A stretch of 63,909 bases of DNA, the filler included, from Lama guanicoe (lineage: Eukaryota): the NCBI GenBank assembly GCA_013239625.1. It is 76 parts of 75 records of this genome, joined end to end, with 100 filler letters (N's around TTAATTAATTAA, not from the genome) between each part and the next. Parts side by side here need not be neighbours in the genome. Positions count along the whole stretch, not along the records: positions 12,834 to 13,308 come from PNXV01004363.1; positions 13,409 to 14,631 come from MU053912.1; positions 14,732 to 15,724 come from MU053913.1; positions 15,825 to 16,792 come from MU053914.1; positions 16,893 to 17,745 come from PNXV01004387.1; positions 17,846 to 18,529 come from PNXV01004388.1; positions 18,630 to 19,501 come from MU053919.1; positions 19,602 to 19,867 come from MU053922.1; 68 more parts are not named here. One strand, 5' to 3'. How positions within the stretch are numbered: the stretch's first letter is position 1; every line of letters starts with the position of its first letter. Made by a program: the position numbers and the translations under genes. Of this stretch, positions 12,834 through 24,906 are shown piece after piece. A model generated the notes under the pieces. The model was not told the DNA's origin. It did not search any database and saw only the letters and a program-made list of their open reading frames with translations.

Positions 12834-13308
12834 TTTTCAAGACAGTATAGGTAAATATTATAAGTCAGATAGTGAACGGAACAGAAAAAGTCGCCAATGA
12901 CATTAAAGGCACAGCTTATGTGGACATTCTTTCATTGAGTCAAGCCCCCGTGGGCACTATATCATGGGGGTGCAGACTCGGTTGCGTTAAATTGCTTTAA
13001 TCGGATGATTAAGTGTTCTCATCACTGATAGAAGAACACCTGGTTCTCCATAGACTAGCATAACTGCAGCAGGTTTCTCCTAGATATAATGCATCTAGGT
13101 GCTTTTGGATTCAAACCTAAATGTATATATTTGGTTTGTTTTCTCTTGTATTTTCCTAGAGAGGGATGTTACCCCTTGAAATGCCAACATTGGCCAGTAG
13201 GTGTCATTGGGAGTAAAGGGCACAAGATACACAAATGGATCCAAGCTTAGGGGTTATTTCATGTTTCCAAAAGATATTTCATGGTTCCTGTTGGTTTCGG
13301 AGGCTTCA
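12834..13308 (+). repeat. Multicopy non-satellite segment, reverse-complement paralogue of 61341-61661
   Basis: Colinear over about 320 bp (atcatgggggtgcagact, ttctcatcactgatagaagaacacctggttctc, ggattcaaacctaaatgtatatattt), with indels. Confidence 0.9.
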
Positions 13309-13388
13309 NNNNNNNNNNNNNNNNNNNNNNNNNNNNNNNNNNNNNNNNNNNNTTAATTAATTAANNNNNNNNNNNNNNNNNNNNNNNN

Positions 13389-14631
13389 NNNNNNNNNNNN
13401 NNNNNNNNCTGAGATAGCAGTTGAAACCCCTCTGGAGGTTCTCTTGTGACTATGTTGATTTCCTTCAGGCGCATTTTAAATCATTATGATGCTCATGAAC
13501 TTTGTTGATTTGGATCATACAGCTGCTGATAAGTCTATTGGGATTCCAACTCTTTTGGACGCTGTGTACTTCCTGAATTCGCCTAGATGTTTCTATCTTG
13601 GCTTTCAGCAAGTTTCAGTCTGATTTTTCTACACATCACTTTTCAAACATTGTTTGTTTCTTTATCTCTTGCTTNNNNNNNNNNNNNNNNNNNNNNNNNN
13701 NNNNNNNNNNNNNNNNNNNNNNNNNNNNNNNNNNNNNNNNNNNNNNNNNNNNNNNNNNNNNNNNNNNNNNNNNNNNNNNNNNNNNNNNNNNNNNNNNNNN
13801 NNNNNNNNNNNNNNNNNNNNNNNNNNNNNNNNNNNNNNNNNNNNNNNNNNNNNNNNNNNNNNNNNNNNNNNNNNNNNNNNNNNNNNNNNNNNNNNNNNNN
13901 NNNNNNNNNNNNNNNNNNNNNNNNNNNNNNNNNNNNNNNNNNNNNNNNNNNNNNNNNNNNNNNNNNNNNNNNNNNNNNNNNNNNNNNNNNNNNNNNNNNN
14001 NNNNNNNNNNNNNNNNNNNNNNNNNNNNNNNNNNNNNNNNNNNNNNNNNNNNNNNNNNNNNNNNNNNNNNNNNNNNNNNNNNNNNNNNNNNNNNNNNNNN
14101 NNNNNNNNNNNNNNNNNNNNNNNNNNNNNNNNNNNNNNNNNNNNNNNNNNNNNNNNNNNNNNNNNNNNNNNNNNNNNNNNNNNNNNNNNNNNNNNNNNNN
14201 NNNNNNNNNNNNNNNNNNNNNNNNNNNNNNNNNNNNNNNNNNNNNNNNNNNNNNNNNNNNNNNNNNNNNNNNNNNNNNNNNNNNNNNNNNNNNNNNNNNN
14301 NNNNNNNNNNNNNNNNNNNNNNNCCCCATACTATTTCGATTAGGATAACCTCATTTTGATTACGCTTATCTCACAAATCTGAAAGAGCACAGGACACTTC
14401 CTCTGGTGGAAATGGAGATTCTAAAGGTTCTCAGCTCTGCATTCTACTCTATGTTATTTTGGAGTGTTTCCAGAAGAGCAGAGTGTGAGTGCGCTTGTGC
14501 TTTGTAGTGCCACGGGAATGTCCCACTGAAACCAGTTCTTCCAAGAGCTTCTCTGTCTACAGAAACAGCAGGGGAAGCATAACTATGGATGTCACACATC
14601 AGGGCCTGCTGGAATGATCCGGCAGCCCGAA
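13389..14631 (-). mobile_element. Family A copy 2: decayed L1 ORF1 (13389-13674) linked across a gap to family-A sequence (14324-14631)
   Basis: The reverse complement of 13389-13674 follows the recalled L1 ORF1 C-terminal consensus (aattcaggaagtacacagcgtccaaa ... agtcacaagagaacctcc ... tatctcag). 14324-14550 is the reverse complement of 23571-23793. Confidence 0.75.
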
Positions 14632-14731
14632 NNNNNNNNNNNNNNNNNNNNNNNNNNNNNNNNNNNNNNNNNNNNTTAATTAATTAANNNNNNNNNNNNN
14701 NNNNNNNNNNNNNNNNNNNNNNNNNNNNNNN

Positions 14732-15335
14732 CAAATAGTTAAACTAATTGTTGAAATCATAAAACACCTTAAAAAAAAATCATAGAGTAAAATCCCCTCG
14801 ACCTTGATCTTGTAAATAATGATTATTTGGATATGACTCCAAAGTACAGGCAAACAAAGCAAAAGCAAAAAGAAACAAGCGGGACTAAGTCAATGTAAAA
14901 ACTTCTGCATAGAAAAGAATTTGAAAAAATTAAAAGGCATCATATGGAATGGGAGAATCTATTAGCAAACCATCTTTTGATAAATGGTATTTACTGAAGT
15001 ATATAAATACATCATACAACTTAGCAGCCAAAAAAATAAATCTAATTAAAAATGAATAAAAGATCTGAATAGACATTTTTCCTAAGAAAACATACAAATG
15101 TGCAACACGAAAAGGTTGTCATTAATCATCAGGGAAATGCAAATCAAGACCACGAAACCATATCACAACTGTTACAATGGCGAAAGTGAAAAAAGACAAG
15201 TGAGTACAATGATTGGAAGGGATGTGAAGAAAATCCTTGTGTGTTGTTGGTAAAAATGTAAATAACCACAGACACTAGGAAAAGCAGTATGGAGTTTCTA
15301 TCAAAAATTTAAAGTAGTATCCACGAGTCCCAGCA
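14732..15335 (+). mobile_element. LINE-1 ORF2 3' fragment (sense)
   Basis: Contains aaaacttctgcatagaaaag, atggaatgggagaa, catcagggaaatgcaaatcaagaccac and ggaaaagcagtatggagtttc. Confidence 0.9.
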
Positions 15336-15724
15336 CCATATTTCAAAGAGACTATCCTTTGCCCACTGAACGTGTTTTACTTCCGTCTCAAATAGTAGTT
15401 GACCTAATATACAGGGGTTTACTACTGGGTCCTCTATACTGTTAATTTAAACCATGTGTGTATTTTAATACCAATATCATTGTGTCTCATACTGTAACAC
15501 TGTGATTTAGTTCTAAATCAGGAAGTGTGATGACTCCCAATTTGTTCTTTCCCAGGATTGCTCTGGTGTCTGGATCTCTGGTAGTCACATAAAACATTTT
15601 TAAGATTGATTTCCCTCCATGTGTAAAAAATGCTGTTGGAATATTGATAGAAATTGCACTGAAACTGTAAATGGCTTTGGGTATTATGGACATTTTAACA
15701 TTAATTCTTCTGTTCCATTAGCCA
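15329..15724 (-). mobile_element. LINE-1 ORF2 fragment (antisense), joined convergently to the preceding piece
   Basis: Minus-strand translation MSIIPKAIYSFSAISINIPTAFF...GVITLPDL is a typical L1 ORF2 motif. Confidence 0.9.
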
Positions 15725-15824
15725 NNNNNNNNNNNNNNNNNNNNNNNNNNNNNNNNNNNNNNNNNNNNTTAATTAATTAANNNNNNNNNNNNNNNNNNNN
15801 NNNNNNNNNNNNNNNNNNNNNNNN

Positions 15825-16296
15825 TTCAAATGGGAGATGAATGCATTGTGCAGTGAAATATTTTATTAGGAAATGGGAAGTACCCCTCCAAGAACAGGAG
15901 GCAGGCTGATCCAAGTGCAGACAGCAATGGTCCTTTCTCCCTCCTCTTGTACCCTCACTTAAAGGTGGTCTTTTGATTGATCGATGGCTCTTGCCCCTGG
16001 AGTGCTCAGTCATGTTTGTCCCCTTTTGTGAATGCCCTTATCCATGATGAACACAGAAAAACCCATGGAGGGGCCTGAACCTCAATGCTAATTATATTAC
16101 AATGAGCACTGGGTCTTGTCCGGTTAGGTTCTTGTCACTACCATGCAGTTCCAGCCTTTTAGTTCTAACTGGTTTCTTGCTGGCACTCACTTAAAAGAAG
16201 TAAAGCCCCTTTATGCTGGAGGCAGGCATGCCACCATCTTCTGGACCATCCTCCCTCATGTCTGCCTCGTGCCCCTGCTTATCTAACTACCTAACA
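15825..16296 (-). mobile_element. Probable ERV LTR fragment
   Basis: The minus strand begins TGTTAGGTAGTTAGATAAG and carries AATAAA near 15849; recognised by pattern only. Confidence 0.45.
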
Positions 16297-17099
16297 CTTC
16301 CAGTGCTCTGGGAGAGGTGAGGGATTGCCAGTGTCTTGTCTGTCTGGAGGCTCATGCCAGCGTTCCTCAAATTTTACCCTGATGATTTTCCTTCAAAGTC
16401 AGCACTCTGATGGGTTCAGCAGCAGTGTGATTTTGCAGATTTCCTAGCTTCTTCTTATGGTCTGATAAGTATTACACTCTTTCCATGTGTCTATCCTTAG
16501 ATGGAACCAGGTCTCGGTAATACATGTGATTAAATCACTAATTATTCATGGTTACCAAGATTCCAGGTACTTTTGGTTATTATGTTATTAATATTTCATG
16601 ATGAAACCAAAATAAAGATGTGTTCTCCTTTGAAATATGCCAAAATATAGCTTAAAATCTAAATACTTTTTACTGATTATACGTATTGCACACATGAGGG
16701 TATCTATAAGCTACATATGACTTAAAGTAAAATAATACTCTGATAACTGTAGAATTAATAATCATTTAAAAATATACGATGGCAAAGCAAAGNNNNNNNN
16801 NNNNNNNNNNNNNNNNNNNNNNNNNNNNNNNNNNNNTTAATTAATTAANNNNNNNNNNNNNNNNNNNNNNNNNNNNNNNNNNNNNNNNNNNNCGTGAGAG
16901 AGGCAGTCAGCAGGGCTACAAGAGGTGGAATCATTTGATAAATTGAATCTGAAATCCTTGCTGCCAACCTTTCTACCAAGCCCCCAGGGCCCATCACACA
17001 CCACCCTGTGCTGTAACTGTTTTTGATTCCAGTTACCACATCTCCTTCAGGAAGGATTTTAAAGTGGAAAATATTTAAAATCCGTAATTGTTGCCAGAA

Positions 17100-17620
17100 G
17101 GGACATAGAACAAGGAACATGTAAACAACACAAACGTCCACCAGCACATGACTGGATAAAGAGGAGCTGATACATATATACAATGGAATACTACTCAGCC
17201 ATAAAAGATGCCATATGCAGCAACATGGGTGGACCTGAAAACTCATTCTAAGTGAAGTGGGTTGGAAAGAGAAAGAAAAATGCCACATGACTTCATTTAT
17301 GGGAAATCTAAAATTAATAGCAATAATGATAAGACCACAAATGAACTAAATATTTTGATTTCTTGAATATATGTAAGCACAATGGATTACCATATTCTGT
17401 TTATTATTCTTTTGTAAATGTCCTTATTCCTCTGGTAACTTTAATTTTAAAAATCTAAATTTCTAATCTGTTCTTAGAAAGAGTAATTAGTACATATATG
17501 TAAACTAAAAAATGCAGTATACGCTATACATGTATTTACATGTAATATGTGTATGTGAAGTTGAACTGTAATAATTCTACCTAATAAAACTGAAAAAGGA
17601 AAAAATAAAAAAATATTTTA
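17100..17620 (+). mobile_element. Fragmented LINE-1 3' end
   Basis: Contains atatatacaatggaatactactcagccataaaa and gcagcaacatgggtggacct ... ctaagtgaagt, with an A-rich tail near 17585-17625. Confidence 0.8.
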
Positions 17621-18754
17621 AAAAATCACCCCTCTTTAGATATTAAACCTTTCATTTCTGGGATTCTGTGAAAGACAGCATGGAAGTAGGTTTCTAAGAT
17701 TTTCACCTTGCTCCTCAGTGAGCAGCCTGGGCTGCACAGCTTGGCNNNNNNNNNNNNNNNNNNNNNNNNNNNNNNNNNNNNNNNNNNNNTTAATTAATTA
17801 ANNNNNNNNNNNNNNNNNNNNNNNNNNNNNNNNNNNNNNNNNNNNTCAATATGTGCTTTCTTAATATTAATAAAAATAGATTCCATTCTAGCAAACATCA
17901 ATCAATGCTTTATGGCTTTGTCCATAAGACCACCAACAAACTGTTGGGCGAACCGCTTTGAGCAGATCAGCATAAGCGTACTGGGAGAGGTAAACGCTGA
18001 CTCCATTTACAGCTGCAGCCAACCAGCACTACGGGGTGGGGGCAGTTTGCTCAAACTCTTACATGTTGCTTGAGCATTTAGTTGTAGCTATTGAATAAAG
18101 ACAGGTATTATTTAGTCAAAGCTCCTGAAACATAAATCTTCAAAGATTGATGCAAATTAGGTTTCAAGTACAACAACACACACACTAGAAATTATTTGAA
18201 AATTTTACTCTTAGATCCTCTGCACATCAAAAGGGCATGTTCTTAATGTATCTGACTAAATACACTGAAAGGATTATTTAAAAGTAATTAAGATGAACCA
18301 TCCTGAATAACCTCAGTATCATCTGCACAAAGCCCCACCCAAGGGTCTCATTTCTCACGTCCACATAGGTGTTCAGGCAGCTTAACCTAGGTCTTGGTTT
18401 CTTATAACACAGGGATGGGAAGAATTGTGGATAGATTTATGTAGCAAATACAAACCTAGGGTATTTGCTGTGAAGGGATTCTAGAAATAAATAAATTGAT
18501 ATATAGTCCCACCCTTAGGAAGCTCAGCCNNNNNNNNNNNNNNNNNNNNNNNNNNNNNNNNNNNNNNNNNNNNTTAATTAATTAANNNNNNNNNNNNNNN
18601 NNNNNNNNNNNNNNNNNNNNNNNNNNNNNTTAAAAGTAGTCATTATCAAATAAAAGTAATCATTTTATTATATTAACCTCATAATGGTGCCAATTCATTA
18701 GGGGGAAAAAAAACCAATTATAAGTATTTACTCATTTAATTAAAAAATACCTCA

Positions 18755-19330
18755 AAATACTGGAAGCAAAAACTGACACAGCTGCAAAGAGAAATATGCA
18801 AATCTATGCAAAGACGTGTATACAGTATTCTATAGTCATTTTATATTTAATAGCCAAGAACTAGGAAGAACCCGAAACTTTGTCAGCTGGTGAGCAGATA
18901 AACAAATTGGAGTATATTGATACAATGGAAAATTACTAATTAATAAAAAGAATGAACTATGACAACATACCACCACATGGGTGAATTTCAAAATAGTTAT
19001 TCAGAGCAAATTGATTCAGACTAGAAAGAGAACCTACTGTGTGATTCCATTTATGTAAGAGTCTACAAAGTTCAAACTAACGCAAAGTGAGGGATAACAG
19101 GTGCGGGGCCATCTAGGTGTGGAGCGGAGTGGCAAGGAGAGATGAAGACAGAAAGGAGAGATTACAAGGGGCAGCTGAAAACGTTTATGTGCGAGGCGTA
19201 ATTTCTTATCTTGATTGTGGTTATGGTTTCATGCATATACAGATATGTTAAAAAANNNNNNNNNNNNNNNNNNNNNNNNNNNNNNNNNNNNNNNNAAATA
19301 CTGTGAATTTACTGTTAATGTGGCTAAAAT
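18755..19330 (+). mobile_element. Old L1M-type 3' end
   Basis: Contains aatagccaagaactaggaag, gataaacaaattggagtat...acaatggaa, actgtgtgattccatttat and tatcttgattgtggttatggtttcatg. Confidence 0.8.
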
Positions 19331-19601
19331 TAGTTGCCATAAGTAGCTATCCTGTGTTCTACGGAACACAAAATATTTTGTTTACCTTCAGTCTTACAAC
19401 AGTCTTGTGAAGTAATCTGATTTATTTTGCATGTACTTTAAAATAGAAATAATTTTCCTATTTTAAATTTTATTTAAAATAAGATGAATGCTCTACAGCA
19501 GNNNNNNNNNNNNNNNNNNNNNNNNNNNNNNNNNNNNNNNNNNNNTTAATTAATTAANNNNNNNNNNNNNNNNNNNNNNNNNNNNNNNNNNNNNNNNNNN
19601 N

Positions 19602-19867
19602 CTACATTGATTTCAAATTGTGACAATGGGCTTCCTTGTCTTGTCTCAGGGTTTTGTGGGTAGGGTTCCAGTTTTTCACCATTGAGTATTCAGCTGAATT
19701 TATGTTTGTTATAAATAGCTTTCATTATATTGAGATATGGTCGCTCTATGCCCACTGTGATAAGAGATTTTATTGCAAGTAGGTTTTAAATTTTATTAAA
19801 TGCTTTTTCTGCATCTACTGAGATGATCATATCGTTTTGTCTTCTCTTTTGTTGATATGGTGTATCA
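19602..19867 (-). mobile_element. LINE-1 ORF2 (RT region) fragment
   Basis: Contains tttttcaccattgagtat and aaatgctttttctgcatctactgagatgatcatat. Confidence 0.85.
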
Positions 19868-19947
19868 NNNNNNNNNNNNNNNNNNNNNNNNNNNNNNNNN
19901 NNNNNNNNNNNTTAATTAATTAANNNNNNNNNNNNNNNNNNNNNNNN

Positions 19948-20707
19948 NNNNNNNNNNNNNNNNNNNNTGCTTAAAATAATTTTTATCTAATTAAATTTAT
20001 TGAGGCTTCTTGAGTGCCTGAGTATGTAATCTTTCATAGAAAATATTCCTTGTGAACAGGAAAAAAATATATATTCAGTTTTGGGGAGAAGAACTGTTTT
20101 GAAAATATCAAGCATCTCCAATTATTTTATTATGTATTTTAGTATCTTTGTTCCCTTATTAATTTTCTGTGTGAAAGACCAGTCCAGTGATGATAATGGG
20201 GAGTTATAGTCTCCTACATTGATTCTGTTCCCAGGAATTTCTCAATTTTATCTATTAGTGTTTCCTTTATGTATTTAGGTGCTCCTATACTGAGTGCATA
20301 TTCCTTAATGAGTATAATATCCCCATTTTGATTTGCTCCTTTAATCAGTATATCATGTCCTTGTTTATCTTTCTGTATGGCCTTTTTTGTAAAATCTCTT
20401 TGTGTGAAGTCAGTACTGCTAGTCCTGCTTTCTTGTCATGTACATTTGCATGGAATATATTTTTCGAAATTCTGACTTTCAATTCATGTGTGTTCCTCTT
20501 ACTATAGTGGGTCTTCTCTATGCTTCATAATGTAGGGTCTTGTTATATTATCCCATCTGACAATAAATATCTTTTGATTGAGGCACTAAGTCCATTAACA
20601 TTTGTGATAAATATTGATAGACATGTTTATTTCCATATTGAACTTCATTCTCCTGTTGATTTGATATTTTCTTTTTGTTCATTGGTTTTTGTTTCTATGG
20701 TTGATAA
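19948..20707 (-). mobile_element. LINE-1 ORF2 endonuclease-region fragment, degraded
   Basis: Contains tatgtatttaggtgctcctatactgagtgcata, tttgcatggaatatatttttc and atagtgggtcttc. Confidence 0.8.
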
Positions 20708-20807
20708 NNNNNNNNNNNNNNNNNNNNNNNNNNNNNNNNNNNNNNNNNNNNTTAATTAATTAANNNNNNNNNNNNNNNNNNNNNNNNNNNNNNNNNNNNN
20801 NNNNNNN

Positions 20808-21412
20808 AGGAACTACGCAACTTACATATCTAAGGGGAAGCAATCGCAGCAATTGTTATTTTGTAGAGCAAACAATTTTTACATTGAAACCGGCCCTTGA
20901 AAACATACAGAGAAATCAGAGAATGTCTTACTACAATTCACTCTACCTTTTATGCTGGAAAAAAGAACGCCTCAACACATACTGAATTCTGAGGGTTGAA
21001 TGTGTGTGAATACCGCCAAACACATAGCTTGTTGGGAAGACACAGTTTCTTTTGGGTGGGTAACTAGAACACATACATATATAAGGGGAGGTATTAATAT
21101 GCAAGTCAGTTTTACAGTGAAAATTATATGAACTTTGTACAGGCACTAAGAAACCATACAAGAATGCAGAGTAAAACTTTCTACTGCAATCCATTTCTAT
21201 TATGCTAGATTAACGAACGTTTCTCCACAGCTACTTATGAGAGTTGAATGTGTGTGAAAGCAAACAATTCACTATTTTGTCAGGAAAACACAGCCTCTCT
21301 TCTGTGGGGAATCAAAACACACACACATATATATATATATAAGGGGAGGACTAGCTACAACTCGGTTTTACAGCGAAAATTGCATAAACTTCAAAAAGGA
21401 CAAGGAAACATA
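20808..21412 (+). repeat. Diverged ~249-bp satellite
   Basis: gttgaatgtgtgtgaaa and ttttacag(t/c)gaaaatt recur at about 249 bp spacing; homologous to 35627-36282. Confidence 0.9.
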
Positions 21413-21569
21413 NNNNNNNNNNNNNNNNNNNNNNNNNNNNNNNNNNNNNNNNNNNNTTAATTAATTAANNNNNNNNNNNNNNNNNNNNNNNNNNNNNNNN
21501 NNNNNNNNNNNNCAGGAAAGCTACCTGGGACTATACAGAACCATCCCAAAAGGGAACTGAATCAACTTT

Positions 21570-21790
21570 CTTCCCTCCTCTCTGCTGCCTGGAATGTGGA
21601 CCTGATGGTTGACCCTCAGGCAGTCACTTTGGGCCATCAGGTTGATGGGCTGAAGATAACAGGCATCTTGTTCTCTGACCCAGGGGCCATCATGCAAACC
21701 AGCCCTGGGCTACCGATTGCTTGACTTCTTTATGTAAGAGGGAAATACAATTTTAGCATGTTTAAGCCACTGCTGTTATCTGGGGAACTA
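21570..21790 (+). mobile_element. MaLR (MLT1-type) LTR fragment
   Basis: ctgcctggaatgtggacctgatgg ... ccagccctgggctacc ... tgtttaagccactg are typical of MLT1 3' halves. Confidence 0.65.
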
Positions 21791-22083
21791 AGTGTTGTAC
21801 ATTGCCATGGTAAGACCTAATAACAAAGTTAAATATTCACCAAAAACTCTTTACCAAATAGTTAATAAATGATAAAGAGATCTTGATTTTTGTTTTAATG
21901 CTATGAAATGTAAATCTTTTCATCATATGCCAATAAAACAAGACACTGTGGAGATAAAGCAAAACAGAATTTGTAGAACAGAGACCAAAAGCATCCTCCT
22001 ACTCCTCTCCAAGGCACAGAAGGACAGCCATGACTCTACGTGACAAGGCTGGAGTCACATGGGCTCCCTGTTTTCCTTGTCTT

Positions 22084-22303
22084 GGGTTGTGTTTTGTTTC
22101 CGACCTTGGGAAAAATGGATAAGACAGCTGGTCAAATCATTTCAGGAACAGCTTCCATCGTGTAGAACCCATGTCTTTTCCTTTCCTCTGCCTCCTGGAA
22201 TGTTCTGACACAAGTAATTAGTCCAGCCTTCTAAACTGAGCAAATGGAGCTCAGTCAATCTGCTTTTAGACACAGTTAAGAAATAGACATTAAAAAGCAT
22301 AAC
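22084..22303 (+). repeat. Multicopy segment, paralogue of 49910-50132
   Basis: Near-colinear ccttgggaaaaatggataag ... gcttccatcgtgtagaaccc ... gttaagaaatagacattaaaaagcataac. Confidence 0.9.
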
Positions 22304-22403
22304 NNNNNNNNNNNNNNNNNNNNNNNNNNNNNNNNNNNNNNNNNNNNTTAATTAATTAANNNNNNNNNNNNNNNNNNNNNNNNNNNNNNNNNNNNNNNNN
22401 NNN

Positions 22404-22947
22404 TCTGGAATGGAAATAGTTTTATTTCTTTCTTTCTAAACTAAAGGCTTTAGTTTCCTTGTCTGGTTGCTTTGACTAGAACCTCTAGTACAATGTTGAT
22501 TTTGGGAGGGGTTAATTCAGTCTTTCACCATTATGTATGATCTTTGCTCCAGGTTTTTCATAGATGTTCTCTGTCAAGTTGAGGAAGTTCTCTTCTATTC
22601 CTAGTTTTTATCCATTATTCTATTAATATGGCATATTACATGAATTGACTTTTCTATGTTGAACTGCCTTTGCATACCGGGATACAAGATACATCCCATT
22701 GTGGTCTATTTTATATGTTACTGGATTGGATTTGCTTGTCTTCTTTTGGGGATTTTTGCATTTATATTCATAAGAGATTGTCTTTAGTTTTCTTGTGATG
22801 CCTTTGTTTGGTTATGGTAACAGTGTGATAGTAGTCTCATTGAATGAATTGAAAACTGTGCTCAACTCTTTATTTTCAGACGAATTTGTGAAGGATTCTT
22901 TTGTTTGTTTTTATTTTTGTTTTTTCTTTAAGTAGTTGATGGAATTC
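22404..22947 (-). mobile_element. Old L1M ORF2 fragment
   Basis: Contains gactagaacctctagtacaatgttga, tcaagttgaggaagttctcttctattcctagttt and gatttttgcatttatattcataagagatt. Confidence 0.85.
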
Positions 22948-23047
22948 NNNNNNNNNNNNNNNNNNNNNNNNNNNNNNNNNNNNNNNNNNNNTTAATTAAT
23001 TAANNNNNNNNNNNNNNNNNNNNNNNNNNNNNNNNNNNNNNNNNNNN

Positions 23048-24083
23048 AGAGAGCAAGCCGAACTGTGTACCAATGATAAAGCAACCACACTGGCCATGCC
23101 TTTGAGATTACCGATATGTCCCATGGCCACACCCAGTGCACCTGCAGGACCAGGGACCAATTGGGCATTTTGCCAATAGAGCACGTGTGGTGCTGAATCA
23201 GAGCTATCGTGCATCTGGTCTGAGGGATCCAGGGGGCCTTGGGTTTGAAATCAGAATGAAAAGCCTTAGGATCTGCTACATTCATAACCTGGGCTGGGAT
23301 TATGCTTTGGTTTGAGGCACAGGATGCACAACACCTCTGTGGTTGCCTTCGTGCACCCGTGCCACAGGGATGAGAGGACAAGGAAGTGTGGTCCAAGTCC
23401 ACAGCGTGAGAAGAGGAAGCATTTCCTTCAGCACTATCTCCCAAAAGCGGATGCTACATTTTGGATGGCACNNNNNNNNNNNNNNNNNNNNNNNNNNNNN
23501 NNNNNNNNNNNNNNNNNNNNNNNNNNNNNNNNNNNNNNNNNNNNNNNNNNNNNNNNNNNNNNNNNNNNNNCTCTGGGAAGAACTGCTTTCATTGGGACAT
23601 TCCCGTGGCTCTACAAAGCACAAGCGCACTCTCAGTTTGCTGTTTTGGAAACACTCCAAAATGACATAGAGCAGAATGCAGAGCTGAGAAACTTTAGAAA
23701 CCACATTTCCACAAGAGGAAGTGTCCTGCGCACTGTCAGAAGTGTGAGATAAGCATAATCAAAATGAAGTTATGCTAATTGAAATAGTATGGGATGTTCA
23801 TCACAACAAATGCAACACCAGCAACTGGAGATATACCAGACAACACACACAGGAACAGAATATGGCATCAATGTCTAGGAGAAATTGTCCTCACAGAAAT
23901 CCCATGGAATTGCGTAGAGCCGAGAGTCTAAAATTTTCACTTAACAAAGCCCTAGAATTCTGCACTAGATACCTGAAATTACCTGACCAGTAGAGTTGAA
24001 GAAGTAAAGTAAAAAAAACAGGAAGTACCATTTACAGTTCCAAAGGTATTGAAGGCCCAAAAGATAAGCTTTCAAACAACTAG
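23048..24083 (+). repeat. Family A copy 3: 5'UTR-like region running into a decayed L1 ORF1 start (about 23800-24083)
   Basis: Matches the 9901, 14324 and 51304 copies. acaggaacagaatatggc and cctgaaattacctgacc resemble the recalled L1M ORF1 N-terminal consensus. Confidence 0.8.
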
Positions 24084-24183
24084 NNNNNNNNNNNNNNNNN
24101 NNNNNNNNNNNNNNNNNNNNNNNNNNNTTAATTAATTAANNNNNNNNNNNNNNNNNNNNNNNNNNNNNNNNNNNNNNNNNNNN

Positions 24184-24906
24184 AAAATGTTCTCCTAGGG
24201 CACTGTAGCCAAGTAACAGAAGTAAAAGCAAGGATAAAGAAATGGGACCTAACGAAACTTACAAGCTTCTGCACAGCAAAGGAAACCATAAGTAAAACAA
24301 AATGACAACCCACAGAATGGGAGAATATTTTTGCAAATGAAACCGACAAAGGCTTGATCTCCAGCATATATAAGTAGCACATATGACTTAATAAGAAAAA
24401 AACAAACAACCCAATCCAAAAATGGGCAGACCTAAACAAGCAATTCTCCAAGGGAGGAATACAAATGATCAATAGGTTCATGAAAAAAATGCTTAATATC
24501 ACTAATTATCAGGGAAATGCAAATCAAAACTACAATGAGATATCACCTTACACACTGAGAATGGTCATCATTCCAAAGTCCACAAATGACAAATGCTGGA
24601 GAGGCTGTGGAGAAAAGGGAACTCTCCTACACTGCTGGTGGGAATGCAGTTTGGTGTAGCAACTGTGGAAAACAGAATGGAGATTCTTCGAAAGACTAGA
24701 AGTAGATTTACCATATGACCTAGGAATACCACTCCTGGGCTTATATCCAGAAGCAACCCTACTTCAGGATGACACCTGCACCCCAATATTCATAGCAGCA
24801 GTATGTACAATAGCCTAGACATGGAAACGGCCTAAATGTCCATCAACAGATGACTGTATAAAGAAGAGCTGGTATGCTTATACAATGGAGTAGTATTCAG
24901 CCATTA
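24184..24906 (+). mobile_element. Relatively young LINE-1 ORF2 3' region
   Basis: Translates [22 protein letters not shown] (ORF2 C-terminal Cys-rich region); contains aatgggacctaacgaaacttacaagcttctgcacagcaaagg. Confidence 0.95.

Noticed and set aside
11464..14359. Long ORFs (200-340 aa) in the ORF track, also at 58712-59681 and 62843-63760
   Set aside because: They are made almost entirely of X from N gaps.
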